NCBI GenBank assembly: GCA_951406725.2
Contig: OX597825.1
Location: 80,166,001 to 80,230,000 of the forward strand
Length of the DNA: 64,000 bases
Origin: Octopus vulgaris
Taxonomy: Eukaryota
Direction: 5' to 3'
Part shown: positions 1-12,100 of the stretch, piece by piece
Layout of the letters: the number at the start of each line of letters is the position of its first letter
Numbering within the stretch: position 1 is the first letter of the stretch
Translations under genes and position numbers: made by a program
The notes under the pieces: generated by a model
What the model was told of the DNA's origin: nothing
Database searches by the model: none
The model's input: only the letters and a program-made list of their open reading frames with translations

Positions 1-1586
1 TGAAAAAATGTAAGTACCAGGGTTGATTCATTCAACTAAAAAAAAATTCTTCAAGGCGGTGCCCCAGCAAGGCCACAGTCAAATGACTGAAACAAGTAAA
101 AGATAACAAGATCTCTCTTTTATTATGGATCAGTTTGCTGTTTTAGAATTTCGTAATTACAAATGATTCATGTTGTAAAGATAGAGAATTAGCTGAGGAA
201 TATTCAGCCATAAGTTGTCTCATTTATCATTAATCTGGGATAACGTGGTACACTTAACCGTGAACCATGTTATACTCATCACAAATTGAACTGTGATAAC
301 ATCTTTTGATGATTCATCAAAAATTCTGCTTCAACCACAAAATCATCCTCCAGCCATGACCATCACTTTTATTCATGACTAACTGCAAAAGGTGCATATT
401 TTTTTCTATAGATTTAAGTACTTGTATCCATCCTGGTTCCACATATAAAGCACTTGTGCCAGTGTCACATGGTGAGCACCCATGCTGGTGCCACATAAAA
501 AGCATCCAGTAAACTCTGTAAAGTGGTGGTTGGCATTAGGAAGGGCATGCAGCCATAGAAACCATGCAAAGACACAGCTGAAGCCAGATGCAGTCCTCTA
601 ATTTGCCAGCTTCTCTCAAACCGTCCCACCCATGCCAGCATGGAAAATAGACTTCTAATGAAGATGATTCCCCGTCAACATGGGACCAATGAACAGAAAA
701 AAATATAAATTTACCAAATTCTAACGAACGAGGCAGACAAGCATATTTTCTACAGTAAAAAGTTATCCTAATCAAGAAAATACTCAACAATGGAAGCTTT
801 GCTGCTGTGGGCTGCGAGTTTGGTATCAGGGAATCTATCATTCATTCCATTTACTAAGATGCTTCATTTATCACTGCTTCTCAACCAAATCTGTGACAAA
901 CGAGGTTAGATGTACTTCAACATTTCGAAATATAGACACGAACCTCTGTTTGTTGTTCACTCATCTATTTGGTTCCTTAAGTCTGAATTGATTCCAAAGA
1001 ACTAAGAATACTTCACACTGATCCCACTTCGTCAGTCTGCCCATGGCCACTACTAATGTTTTTGATAATGTTTATAATAGAGAGACTACAGAAACACTCC
1101 TGTAAAATAATTCTCTTCTCATCACATTCGACAGCCAACTACACAAGGGAGACAATCGCTCAAAGCAGCCTCCAACTCATTCAAACCTTTTAAGGCAGTG
1201 CTCCAGCATGGCTGCAGTCAAATGACTGAAACAAGTAAAAGAATAAAAGAGAAGAATATATTTAGGTTGGTGCATAATTATTGAGGCTTTTTGACAATAG
1301 ACTTCAAACAAAACGCCAAGCAGTAATTGAAGTAGATGGTGAATATGCTCCAGAATAATCACTTAAAGGTGTTTTTGTTGAATAAAATTTATTGAAAAAA
1401 GCTGCAATAATTATACATCAACCTAATACAATGTTTTTGCCAGGTTTGGCCATGTTGGGGCACTACCAAGTGTGTGGTTGAAATTTATAGGTTTACATAT
1501 ATTTTAGCTTCTTCAAATCCAGTCAAATTTTGTAAAAGAAAAACGTTGTTTCCAAATTTTAATTGAATTTTTTTTCTTTTTCTAAG

Positions 1587-1993
1587 TTTTGGAACTTGAT
1601 GAAAATGACTACCCACAATTCGGTGGTGACCAAGAATACATTCGAAAGGCATTGAAAGGAAAATTTTTGAATCAAACACAGAAATATTGGATTGATAAAT
1701 TTGAAAATATTGATACCTGTTGTACTCCTGTGTTGAGTCTGCAGGAAGCAGCACTTGACTCACATAATAAGACAAACAAATCATTTATGATTGATTCTGA
1801 TGGCAATTCCGTACCTTCACCGTCTCCTCTCTTGTCCAAGTCACCAGCAATTACGTCTGCTAGGGAGGACCCTGTCATTGGTCAACACACACACAAGATT
1901 TTAAAAGAAATCGATTTTACAGAAGAAAAAATCAAGGAATTGATTTCAACTCAAGCTGTGAAGCAAAACTCACCTCTGAATTCTAAACTTTAA
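1587..1993 (+). CDS. AMACR: Alpha-methylacyl-CoA racemase, terminal coding exon (upstream exons lie outside the window)
   Basis: A polypyrimidine tract and AG (1585-1586) are followed by a phase-1 exon encoding LELDENDYPQF...WIDKFENIDTCCTPVLSLQEA...HNKTNKSF...PSPSPLLSKSPA...DPVIGQHTHKILKE...SKL*. This matches the CoA-transferase III C-terminus of AMACR (DACVTPVL, PAPLL, PFIGEHTEEIL motifs). Stop TAA is at 1991-1993 and the protein ends in the PTS1 SKL. Confidence 0.93.
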
Positions 1994-3097
1994 TTTCTCT
2001 TTTTAATAGGTGAAGAATTCTGCAGCAACATGCTGGCAGAACCATTAAAGCATCAGAAAGGGAAAAGTCAAATGGTAATTGTTGTTGCAGATTTTATATT
2101 CCAAGTTCAAATCCTGGTGATGTTAGCTTTGCCTTACATCTATGTTATTTTTACTAATCGTAAATATTCTTTTATTCTTTTACTTGTTTCAGTCATTTGA
2201 CTGCGGCCATGCTGGAGTACCACCATATGTTTAACAAAAATTATGATTGAACACATTTTTTTGAGGTGCTGAAGTAGTAATTTGGATTTTGTGACGAATT
2301 CAGTTTCACTTTTAAACTCTGTGATGCATTAGCTCTCTGTGATGCACCAATGCACCTCTTGTAATGCACAAGTGTGTGGAAACAGGGCACTGTAAACCAC
2401 CGTTCTAGAGTTTACTCTTTACTCTTCTACTTGTTTCAGTCATTTGACTGTGGCCATGCTGGAGCACTGCCTTTAGTCGAGCAAATCGACCCCAGGACTT
2501 AGTCTTTGTAAGCCTAGGGCTTATTCTATCGGTCTCTTTTGCCAAACCGCTAAGTTATGGGTATGTAAACACACCACCATCGGTTGTCAAGCGATGTTGG
2601 GGGGACAAACACAGACACACAAACATATATACACACATACACATATATATACACATATACGACGGGCTTCTTTCAGTTTCCATCTACCAAATCAACTCAC
2701 AAGGTTTTGGTCAGCCCAAGGCTATAGTAGAAGACGCTTGCCCAAGGTGCCATGCAGTGGGACTGAACCCAGAATCATGTGGTTTGGTAAGCAAGCTACT
2801 TACAACACAGCCACTCCGATGCCTATATTCTGGTTTTTATTAATGTCTAAACAAATCAGGTTCTGATTCTCTATTGTTGAAATTCTTCCCAATTCATTTC
2901 TTCAGCCCAGTTTTTTTTTAACCATTGTTTGTGAAGTGTGTTTTGAAAACTCTTTAAAATGAAAAAATTATTTTGTTATACTATAATTTTATCAAGAATA
3001 TACTTAAATATATTTTCACAGTTTATGGTGTTTAGTGTCTTTCTGTTTTTGATAATCAATATCTGCTTCATGTACAAACATGTGTTATTAATAATAG

Positions 3098-3335
3098 TGG
3101 AGAGGCAATGGCCCAATGGTTAGGGCAGCGGGCTCATGGTCGTAGGATTGCAGTTTCGATTCCCAGACCGGGTGTTGTGAGTGTTTATTGAGCAGAAACA
3201 CCTAAAAGCTCCACGAGGCTCCGGCAGGGGCTGGTGGTGAACCCTGCTGTACTCTTTCACCACAACTTTCTCTCGCTCTTTCTTCCTGTTTCTGTTGTAC
3301 CTGTATTTCAAAGGGTCAGCCTTGTCACGCTGAAT
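3098..3335 (+). mobile_element. tRNA-derived SINE fragment downstream of AMACR
   Basis: A box TGGCCCAATGG and degenerate B box TTTCGATTCC; shares CTGTATTTCAAAGGGTCAGCCTTGTCAC with the SINE at 23132-23450. Confidence 0.65.
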
Positions 3336-4032
3336 CTCGTCATAACTAATGGAATGCCACAATTAATAACAATCAATCTTTCTCTTGTCCTTCCTACTGC
3401 TAACCCACATTACAGAATGTGCTGGGTGCGTGTCCTCGAGGCACCAATTCTAGACATTGACAAACAAGCAGAAAAAGCAAAGGGCTGTGATGTCCCTTTA
3501 GCCTGGCCATGCTGAGGATTTAGCAACAGCTCATGTTGGTGCCATGAGAAAATGCAGTGAACAGACTGTCAGACGGTGATGTGAAGGACATCTTGTCAGT
3601 CGAAACCGAGTCAAATGACACGAGTCCGACTCCATTGAAGCAGTTGCTCCTGATAAGGAGACTCAAATTGTGATGACTCCTGCCAATCCATGCCAGCTTG
3701 GAAACTGGATGTATGGCAATATTGACGGTAATAAAAGGCAGTGTATAGTAAGGAATAGTGTTGAACAAGCTGATAACCTCGTTTTGCATGTAGAGGACAG
3801 AATTGTTCAAATGAATAATTTAGGAACACATTTTACATAATATAAACACTATACAATCACATTTCTTTCTACCAATATATATTCAATACAAAATAGAAAA
3901 TCAATTTTTCTTCTTTTTAATGTTGATTTTTCTTTACATATAAATATGGCTTGATGCATAAACATTTTACAATTTACATCACAATTTTCAACAATGCATA
4001 GCAACTGGGGAGTAGAAAATTACCAAAATGGA

Positions 4033-4141
<109 letters not shown>

Positions 4142-4916
4142 CTCTTTTACTGTTATTTGTTTATAAATTTTTTTAAAATTCAAAATATTTTTATATAAAA
4201 TTTAAATTTAGGATTGTATAAAACCTAATGCTAATTGCAAAAGTATAACTTTGAGCTAGATTTAATCTTTACATAAATATAGCTTTTCAGAAATTCTTAT
4301 CAGAAACTTTGGTTTCATAATTTTATTAAAAATTTTGAACATAAACAGGATTTCTTTGCATTTTTTCATGGTTTTGAAACCATTTTTTCTGCTTTTATTG
4401 TTACAAATATTTCCATAGATTGGATAATGGTAAATTGCAGACTGTGGTGTTTGGCATATCATTTTACAGCTGGATGGCCATTTTAAAACACCAGCTTCTC
4501 CATTTTGAAGAGGGTTATGGTATGAGAGAAGATCCAACTGAGGGAGGGGGGAGTGGAACTTCTTTGACAATCCTTCCTCCTTCCTTAATTCCATTAACCA
4601 ATCCATTTCATTTATTAAACTTCACTTTGGAATTAAAACAAAAATAAGGGAATATTATGAAAGACTTATTTGTTGAAAGGGAGAGGGGGCAGTTTGTGGG
4701 GAGGGGGGCAAATGAAATATAGAATTGATACAATTCTTTGAAGCTCAATGGGTCAGTTGTTTCTGTTTCCATGATGGAGATCTCCAGTGAAAGTGGAGGG
4801 AATTGATATCACCACCACCACCAGTTTCTGTTGTATAAAACACATTAATAACTTTCCATGGACACCAACAATATTTAAGTGAAACAATTTCAGATCAAAA
4901 AATAGAGTCCAGTTTT

Positions 4917-5050
4917 TCAGCTTGTTTGCCAGTGGTGAGGCCAAGCTATATTGGCAGCAATTCTCTTGTAAGCGAAAATACATTCCTTTTTCACATCAGT
5001 ATTCTCCATCTTTATATTCTGTGGACAAGTGGTCTCAGCCAAGAATTTCT
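4917..5050 (-). CDS. spri: RIN/sprint terminal exon (EKFLAETTCPQNIK...CIFAYKRIAANIAWPHHWQTS*)
   Basis: ttttag acceptor; TGA at 4917-4919; the CPQ.IK and FAYKR motifs close the RA domain. Confidence 0.92.
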
Positions 5051-8000
5051 CTAAAATACAAAACAAAGAAACTATTATTGATGCATTAACTTTTTAGCAT
5101 TCAGAGTCTTCCATCAAATGCAAGGCTTATTTAGTCACACTGCTTTGGATTAATCATGCATTATCTTGGAGCTTTGAGAGTTCAATCATCATCATCTAAC
5201 GTCCGTTTTCGATGCTAGCATGGGTTAGACAGTTTGACCGGGGTCTGGGAAGCCATGGAGGCTGCACCAGGCTCCAGTCTGATTTGGCGGTGTTTCTACA
5301 GCTGGATGCCCTTCCTAACGCCAACCACTCCGTGAGTGTAGTGGATGATTTTTACATGCCACCGGCACAGGGGCCAGAGCAGGCTGGTAAACGGCCACAA
5401 TCGGTTGGTGCTTTTATGTGTCACCGACACGGACACCAGTCAGGTGGCGCTAGTATCTGCCACGTTCAGACGGTGCTTTTTACGTGACACTGGCACGGGT
5501 GTCTTAACTACAATTTCCATTTGAATTTTTATTTTGATGTTGATGTTCAATAATGTGATTATTTCTTGTGAGAATGACATTGTAGGGTAGGTGCGAGAGG
5601 CTGGATCTGGCTGGTTTAGCTATAAAACAGGCAGAATATTAATTAGGGCCTGACATGACCAGTTTGGATGCTAAAGGGTTAAATTTATTTTTTGATTGAT
5701 AGCTCACTCTGTAAAGCGGTTGGGTATCCAGTCGTAAAAACCAGGTTAACGTAGACAGTGGAGCTTGGTGCAGTCCTTTGGCCGACCAGTTCCTATTTCT
5801 TTATTACCCACAAGGGGCTAAACATAGAGGGGACAGACATAGGTATTAAGTTGATTACATCAACCCCAGTGCGTAACTGTACTTATTTAATCGACCCCGA
5901 AAGGATGAAAGGCAAAGTCGACCTCGACGGAATTTGAACTCAGAACGTAACAGCAGATGAAATACTGCAAAGTATTTTGCCCGGCGTGCTAACGCTTCTG
6001 CCAGCTCGCCAACCAGTTCCTGACAAACCATCCAACCCATGTCAGGGATGGAAAATGAGCATTAAATCACTATTGCATGAATTGGATAATTTCAACCATC
6101 TAATACAGACCCCCTAAACATTCTTATTGCTCCTCTGCAGCAAGGCACCCATTCCTGTCCCTCCTCTATTATACTGGCACAAAGCTACCCTCTTCAATAC
6201 TGTATCCTCACCCTGTTGCAAGTTATTTGGTAACTTCACTAAGTGTTGTTGCCATGAAAAAAGCACTGAAGGCCATCCAGTCATAGAAAGCCCGCTGGAT
6301 CAGACACTGGAGTTCAATGCAGTCTTGAGGCTTGTTGTGTTCTGCTCCACCACCCAACCCATGCCAGATATGTTTACAGTTTAATTTTTTTACAAAAAAA
6401 AAGGAAAGAAAATGAAAAGAGACCAGAAACATCCAGATTTGATATTCCTGTTTACTAAATTATATAAAGAATATAATTAAAGAGGTCGGTAGATCTACAG
6501 AAGCAGAGATAGAAATGGAATAGAAACTAGACAGCTACTGAAAGTAACTTCGAAGTCAATCAACAGGTGATAAATGTTATGTTATGTTCTTACCTTGTCC
6601 ATTTAGTAAAATAAATAAACCATAGTCTTGTGGATTGGTGATTCGGAATCTGTGAGCAATCATGGCACCTGAAAATAGATAAAAGTGCCTCTATTAAGGT
6701 AACAAAGTCAATGAAACAGAATTTAGGACTCATAGTCTGTTTAGCAATCTAAGAATAGTTTCACAGAACTATAAGGCTGCAAAAGACGTCACAAGTTTTT
6801 CATCTTTTAGAAATCCAAGAGGGTCACGGACTTGGATATCTGATTGAGACCGTTAAGTCCTGTATTCCTTGTTTGTTATTGCTAAACAGAGATGGTTAAG
6901 GCTTAAAGCAGTTTCTGAAAATAGATTGGAAGCAAACTTAAGTTGTTCAAATATAAAAATAAAAAAAGAGGATTAAAATATTACTTTTTTTTATAAAAAA
7001 GGTACAAAAACCTTTCAGTAATAAACACAATGTGCTTTGTAGACAGAAGGAAGAGAAAACAAACTATTCACAATAGATTCCTGTAACACTGTTTCAATCC
7101 CAAGTGTGGATGACATTATGTGTGACAAAAAGTAGTGGGGGTTAACAAAGGGAGTCAGTCTATAAGATTTAGTGTGAATATTCGATTCCTGATTGAGTGT
7201 TAATTTAGAGAAAAAAAATTAAGCTTTTACACTGAAATTAGCTACAGAGCCATGACAGGGATTTAATATGCTTAACACACTTTTACTACTTAAATACATT
7301 GATTTAGTATTATTCATTTAATCTTTTTAATAATGGTGAAAAACCTGGTTGGTTTAAAAGACTCCAAATGGAAACCTGGGAAGCTCGTTTATCGGTCTGT
7401 GAGGCAATGAGGATATGTAATAATTACTTAGTAAAAGAAGTCGTTAATAATAATGATGATGATGACGATCATCCTTTCTACTGGAAGCACAAGGTCTCGA
7501 ATTTAGGGGAAGGGATTAAGTCAATTACATTGACTTCAGTGCGTAATTAGTACTTATTTAATTGATCCTGAAAGGATAAAAGGCAGAGTCAACCTCAGTA
7601 GAATTTGAACTCAGAACGTAGTGTTTCGCCTGGTGTGTTAACAATTCTGCCAGCTCAATGCCTTAATAATAATAATAATACTCCTTTCTACTACAGGCGC
7701 AAGGCCTGAAATTTTGGCAGAGGGAGCTAGTCAATTACATTGCTCCCAGTGTTTCACTGGTACTTAATTTATCGATCCCAAAAGGATGAAAGGCAAAGTT
7801 GACTTCAGCAGAATTTGAACTCAGAATGTAGCGACAGACAAAATGCTATAAGATCACCAAGTCACGCACAGGTAGTCCTGATGGATATACTGGGCTTTGT
7901 ATATTTTACCCCAGTGTCACTTTGATGGCATACTCTGCTCTCTCTCACTCAATAATAATAATGATGATACTTACAAACATCTTTTGTGGTCATATTTGGT

Positions 8001-9058
8001 CTGATCGGCAGGGTCTTCCAAATAATGCTGTCTCGAAATTCATCAGGAAATGCTACCTTTAGGAAGCCTTGCATATCACTGATACTTGGTAACCGACCCT
8101 GAAAGGGAAGAAATGAAGCTCGTTATTTTTGAAGTTATCTCAATAGACAGAACGGTATTTCGTTTTGCAAACATAATATATTATGAAATATGTTATCTGT
8201 TATCTCGATGACGGGCACGAGCACCATACGAGTGTGATCGTTGACAGAGCGGCTAACCAGCTTCCGTGCCAGTGGCACATAAAAGGGCACCATTCGAGTG
8301 TGATCCTTACCAGCTTCGCCTTACTGGCACTTGTGCCCCATGCTAGTAGGGTGCTAAGAGCACCATCCGAGCATGATCGTTGCCAGAGTGGCTAACTGAC
8401 TTCCGTGCTGGTGGCATGTAAGAGGCACCATTCGAGCGGGATCGTTACCAGCATCACCTTACTGGCACCTCTGCCAGTGGCATGTGTAAAACAAATTTGA
8501 GCGAGGTCATTGCCAGTACCGCCTGACTGGCCCCCGTGCCGGTGGCACGTAAAAGCACCCACTACACTCTCAGAGTGGTTGGTGTTAGGAAGGGCATCCA
8601 GCTGTAGAAACACTGCCAGATCAAGATTGGAGCCATCTGGTTCGCCAGCCCTCAGTCAAACTGTCCAATCCATGCTAGCATGGAAAGCGGACGTTAGCCC
8701 TCAGTCAAACTGTCCAATCCATGCTAGCATGGAAAGCGGACGTTAAACGATGATGTAGAGAAAACATAAATATGATTGAATCGCCCTGCTAACACAGGCA
8801 GGACACAGCATTGGCATGTAAACGTTTGATATATTTGGTAGTATATTATGGCTGCAAAATGAAATATAATGTCCCTGCAAGTAATCAAGAAGCTAATTAT
8901 GGTAAGTTACTATCATGTATTCAGCCACCAACATCACTAAAGGATTGCATTGGATCTCTTAAATTTTCATACATTGCTTCCAGTGTAACAAAATGAGTCA
9001 TGGAACCAATCCAACATCCTACTTCACTTTCTCACATCCTTGTTACCCCATCTTGAGG

Positions 9059-9100
<42 letters not shown>

Positions 9101-12100
9101 GGAGTGGTTGTAATTTACTTGATGAATTTATTTACTGATACAGTTGTACATAAGGTTAATGTGTTTGAGAGGGTGGTTTCTTTGGTTTGATCCTAAACAA
9201 CACTTATTTTAGTGCCTTGACACTGCCAGATTGAGTGGTACTGCCCAGGTGTCGAAACCATAATGATGTCTGTGTGGCAGCTGATGATGGAGGTATGTTG
9301 GATTATTGGTATCGCTGTGGAATAGTATTATAACACATCCTTTTGATATGTATTCATGTGCGTGTGTGTGAAGGGGCATGGCTCAGTGGGTTACAGCGTC
9401 GAGCTTATGATCGTAAGTTCGAATCCCAGACCGAGCTATGTGTAGTGATCTTGAGCAAGACACTTTATTTCACGTTGCTCCAGTTCACTCAGCTGTAGAA
9501 ATGAGTTGCGACGTCACAGGTGCCAAGCTGTATCGGCCCCTTTGCCTTTGGATAACATTGGTGGCGTGGAGAGGAGAGGCCAGTATGCATGGGCGACTGC
9601 TGGTCTTCCATAAACAACCTTGCCCGGACTTGTACCTGGGAGGGTAACTTTCTAGGGGCAATCCCACGGTCAGTCACGATCGAAGGGGGTCTCAGCATAT
9701 ATGTATGTAGTGTCATAAAAAGCACCCATGTTGGAGTCACATAAAAGCTCCCATGCTAGCACCGATCACATTCTGTAAAGGAGTTGGTGATAGGAAGGGC
9801 ATCCAGCCGTAGAAACCATGTCAAAACAGACAATTGGAATCTGGTGCAGCTCTCTTGCTTGCCAGCTCCTGTCAAACCTATTTCTTTACTACCCACAAGG
9901 GACTAAACAGAGAGAGGACAAACAGATTAAATTGCTTACATCGACCCCAGTGGGTAACTGGTACTTAATTTATCGACCCCGAAAGGATGAAAGGTAAAGT
10001 TGACCTTGGCGGAATTTGAACTCAGAACATTATGCCAGACGAAATATGGTTACGCATTTCGCCCGGCATGCTAACGTTTCTGCCAGCTCCTGTCAAACCA
10101 TCCAACCCATGCCAGCATGGAAAGCAGACACTAAATGAAGATGATGATGGTTTACACACACACACACATATATATATATATACATACATGTATATACATA
10201 CACTCATGATAAGCTTCTCCCCAGTTTCTGCCTACCAAATTCACTCACAAGGCTTTGATCAACCCACAGCTTTAGTAGACGACACTTGCCCTGGGACCCC
10301 ATAGCTATTCCTACACCTATACTTATAAACATTAACAATTTTCATGGCATAATGAAAACAGCAAAACCACTTAATGTACAGAAATAACTTACCTGATGTC
10401 CATTAGAAGAATTTGTTTGGTGTGTTTCTTTGAAGATCTTAAGTAAGAGAACAGCACTGCTTAATGTCGAGAGGTAATAGCTAGCTTCAGCTGTGACCTG
10501 GGAACTATGAAGTAGGCCCCACATATAATCGGCTTCTATTTCAGCTGTGACAAGACCCACATCAACTATTACATAGGTCAACATTGGAAGGAAGTCTGAA
10601 AAGGTGCAAAAAAACGATATTTCTTTATAAGATCCTCTTGAGATGTAAAAAATTAAAACTAACAAAACCAAAAGACTTGTGATATTGATTTCCTTCTTTT
10701 TATATATGCCTTAAAAGTTTGCATATTTTACCTTAAATACGCATATACTACATTAAATATGTGTATGTATATACAGTAGAACCTCACAGTACGAGTGTAC
10801 AATTGTATGAGCGGAAATCTGCAGTGTAAGCACACAAATCGTCCCATCTTTAAAGTAATTCAGAAACCACACCTTCCTTCCAAGCACTGCTGTAAACAGC
10901 AGAAGTGAGCTAGAATGTTAAAACTTAGTGCCCATGCACAGCAGAGTCCAAGGTCAATCTGTGCCAAGCAGTTTCACTCTGTGTGCTTTAGCTTCATTAT
11001 TATAGCAACAGTCCAGATACTTATTGATCAGACCTCATAGTTTTATAATTAAATATTATTAAGAATTGTATAAAACACTGTTAGAAATGTGAGGTATACT
11101 TGCCATTTCAATATGGCTAACCACTAAGGGTGGGTGTTACTGTAGCTTGTAGCCCCAGGAGAACATCGTCTCCAGCTGACTTTAGGCACACTTTCTGTGC
11201 CCTTATGGTATTTGCAAAGGGAGGTCACCCTTCCCTCGTCAACCTAAGTGATACGCACGGACTGCAGTTTCTAGGTTTTGACCAGTCGTCAGCGTACGAC
11301 AATCACCGGTTTTCGATGAAGGGGGTCCCAATGCAAATACTTATATCGTTTGTCTAGTAACTTTCCGTCACTGATCTCGAAAAACTCTATGCAACTGTAT
11401 ACCTCGTTCAGAGATTTATTATTACAGTTAGAAATATTTTGTGTAGAACCAATTTATTGCACAGAAATTTTGACAACAAACCCTGACATGGACTTGCAAG
11501 GGTCATGTGGACCCTGGCTGAGAATCCCTGCTCTACAATATTTTAATCTGAATCAAAATATCTTCAAAATAAAATACATACCATCAGTCTGAACGGAACC
11601 ACTTCCTCTTCCATCCAGAGACTGGCTGTTTAACTATGAAATAAAAAAGAGAAAGACGAAACGGTTTACTCTTGGTTTTTTTTTTTTTTTTTTTTATTTC
11701 AGTTCATAATATTTTATTTCAAGAATTAGTTTCAAAAAATTGCTTTTTGTTGTTGTTTTTTTTTTTATTTATGTCCTGAGACTGTAGATGCAAAGGATGT
11801 GAGCAAGGATTGGCTTCGTGGTTATTGGAAGCACTAAAACCCAGCCACAGGTGTTAAAATAATAAACCAGATGATATGAAATCTTGATGGAAGGATTTAA
11901 TTTACTTCAACCGGACCCTTTTCCTTACCATTTCTCTGTTGAAAATCACTTTTGATTCATAAAATAACTTTGTCGTCATCATGTTGGCGTTTGGAACATA
12001 ACATGAAATTCTGATGGAAAGTTTTAATTTAAAGCACTTTAAAACAAAGTTTGTATCATAGAACCCAGGAGCAGTGTCTGGCTGGTTGGTGTCAAAAGGT

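Noticed and set aside
756-856. Peptide LNNGSFAAVGCEF, which resembles the AMACR 'DGEFMAVGAIE' exon
   Set aside because: There is an in-frame stop right after the nearby AG, no EPQFY motif, and no compatible donor.
8205-8560. CRISPR-like array in the GTGCCGGTGGCACGTAAAAGCACC subrepeats (also 18729-18950 and 26650-26970)
   Set aside because: The context is eukaryotic, the spacers are homologous to one another, and there are no cas genes. These are internal subrepeats of a retroposon.
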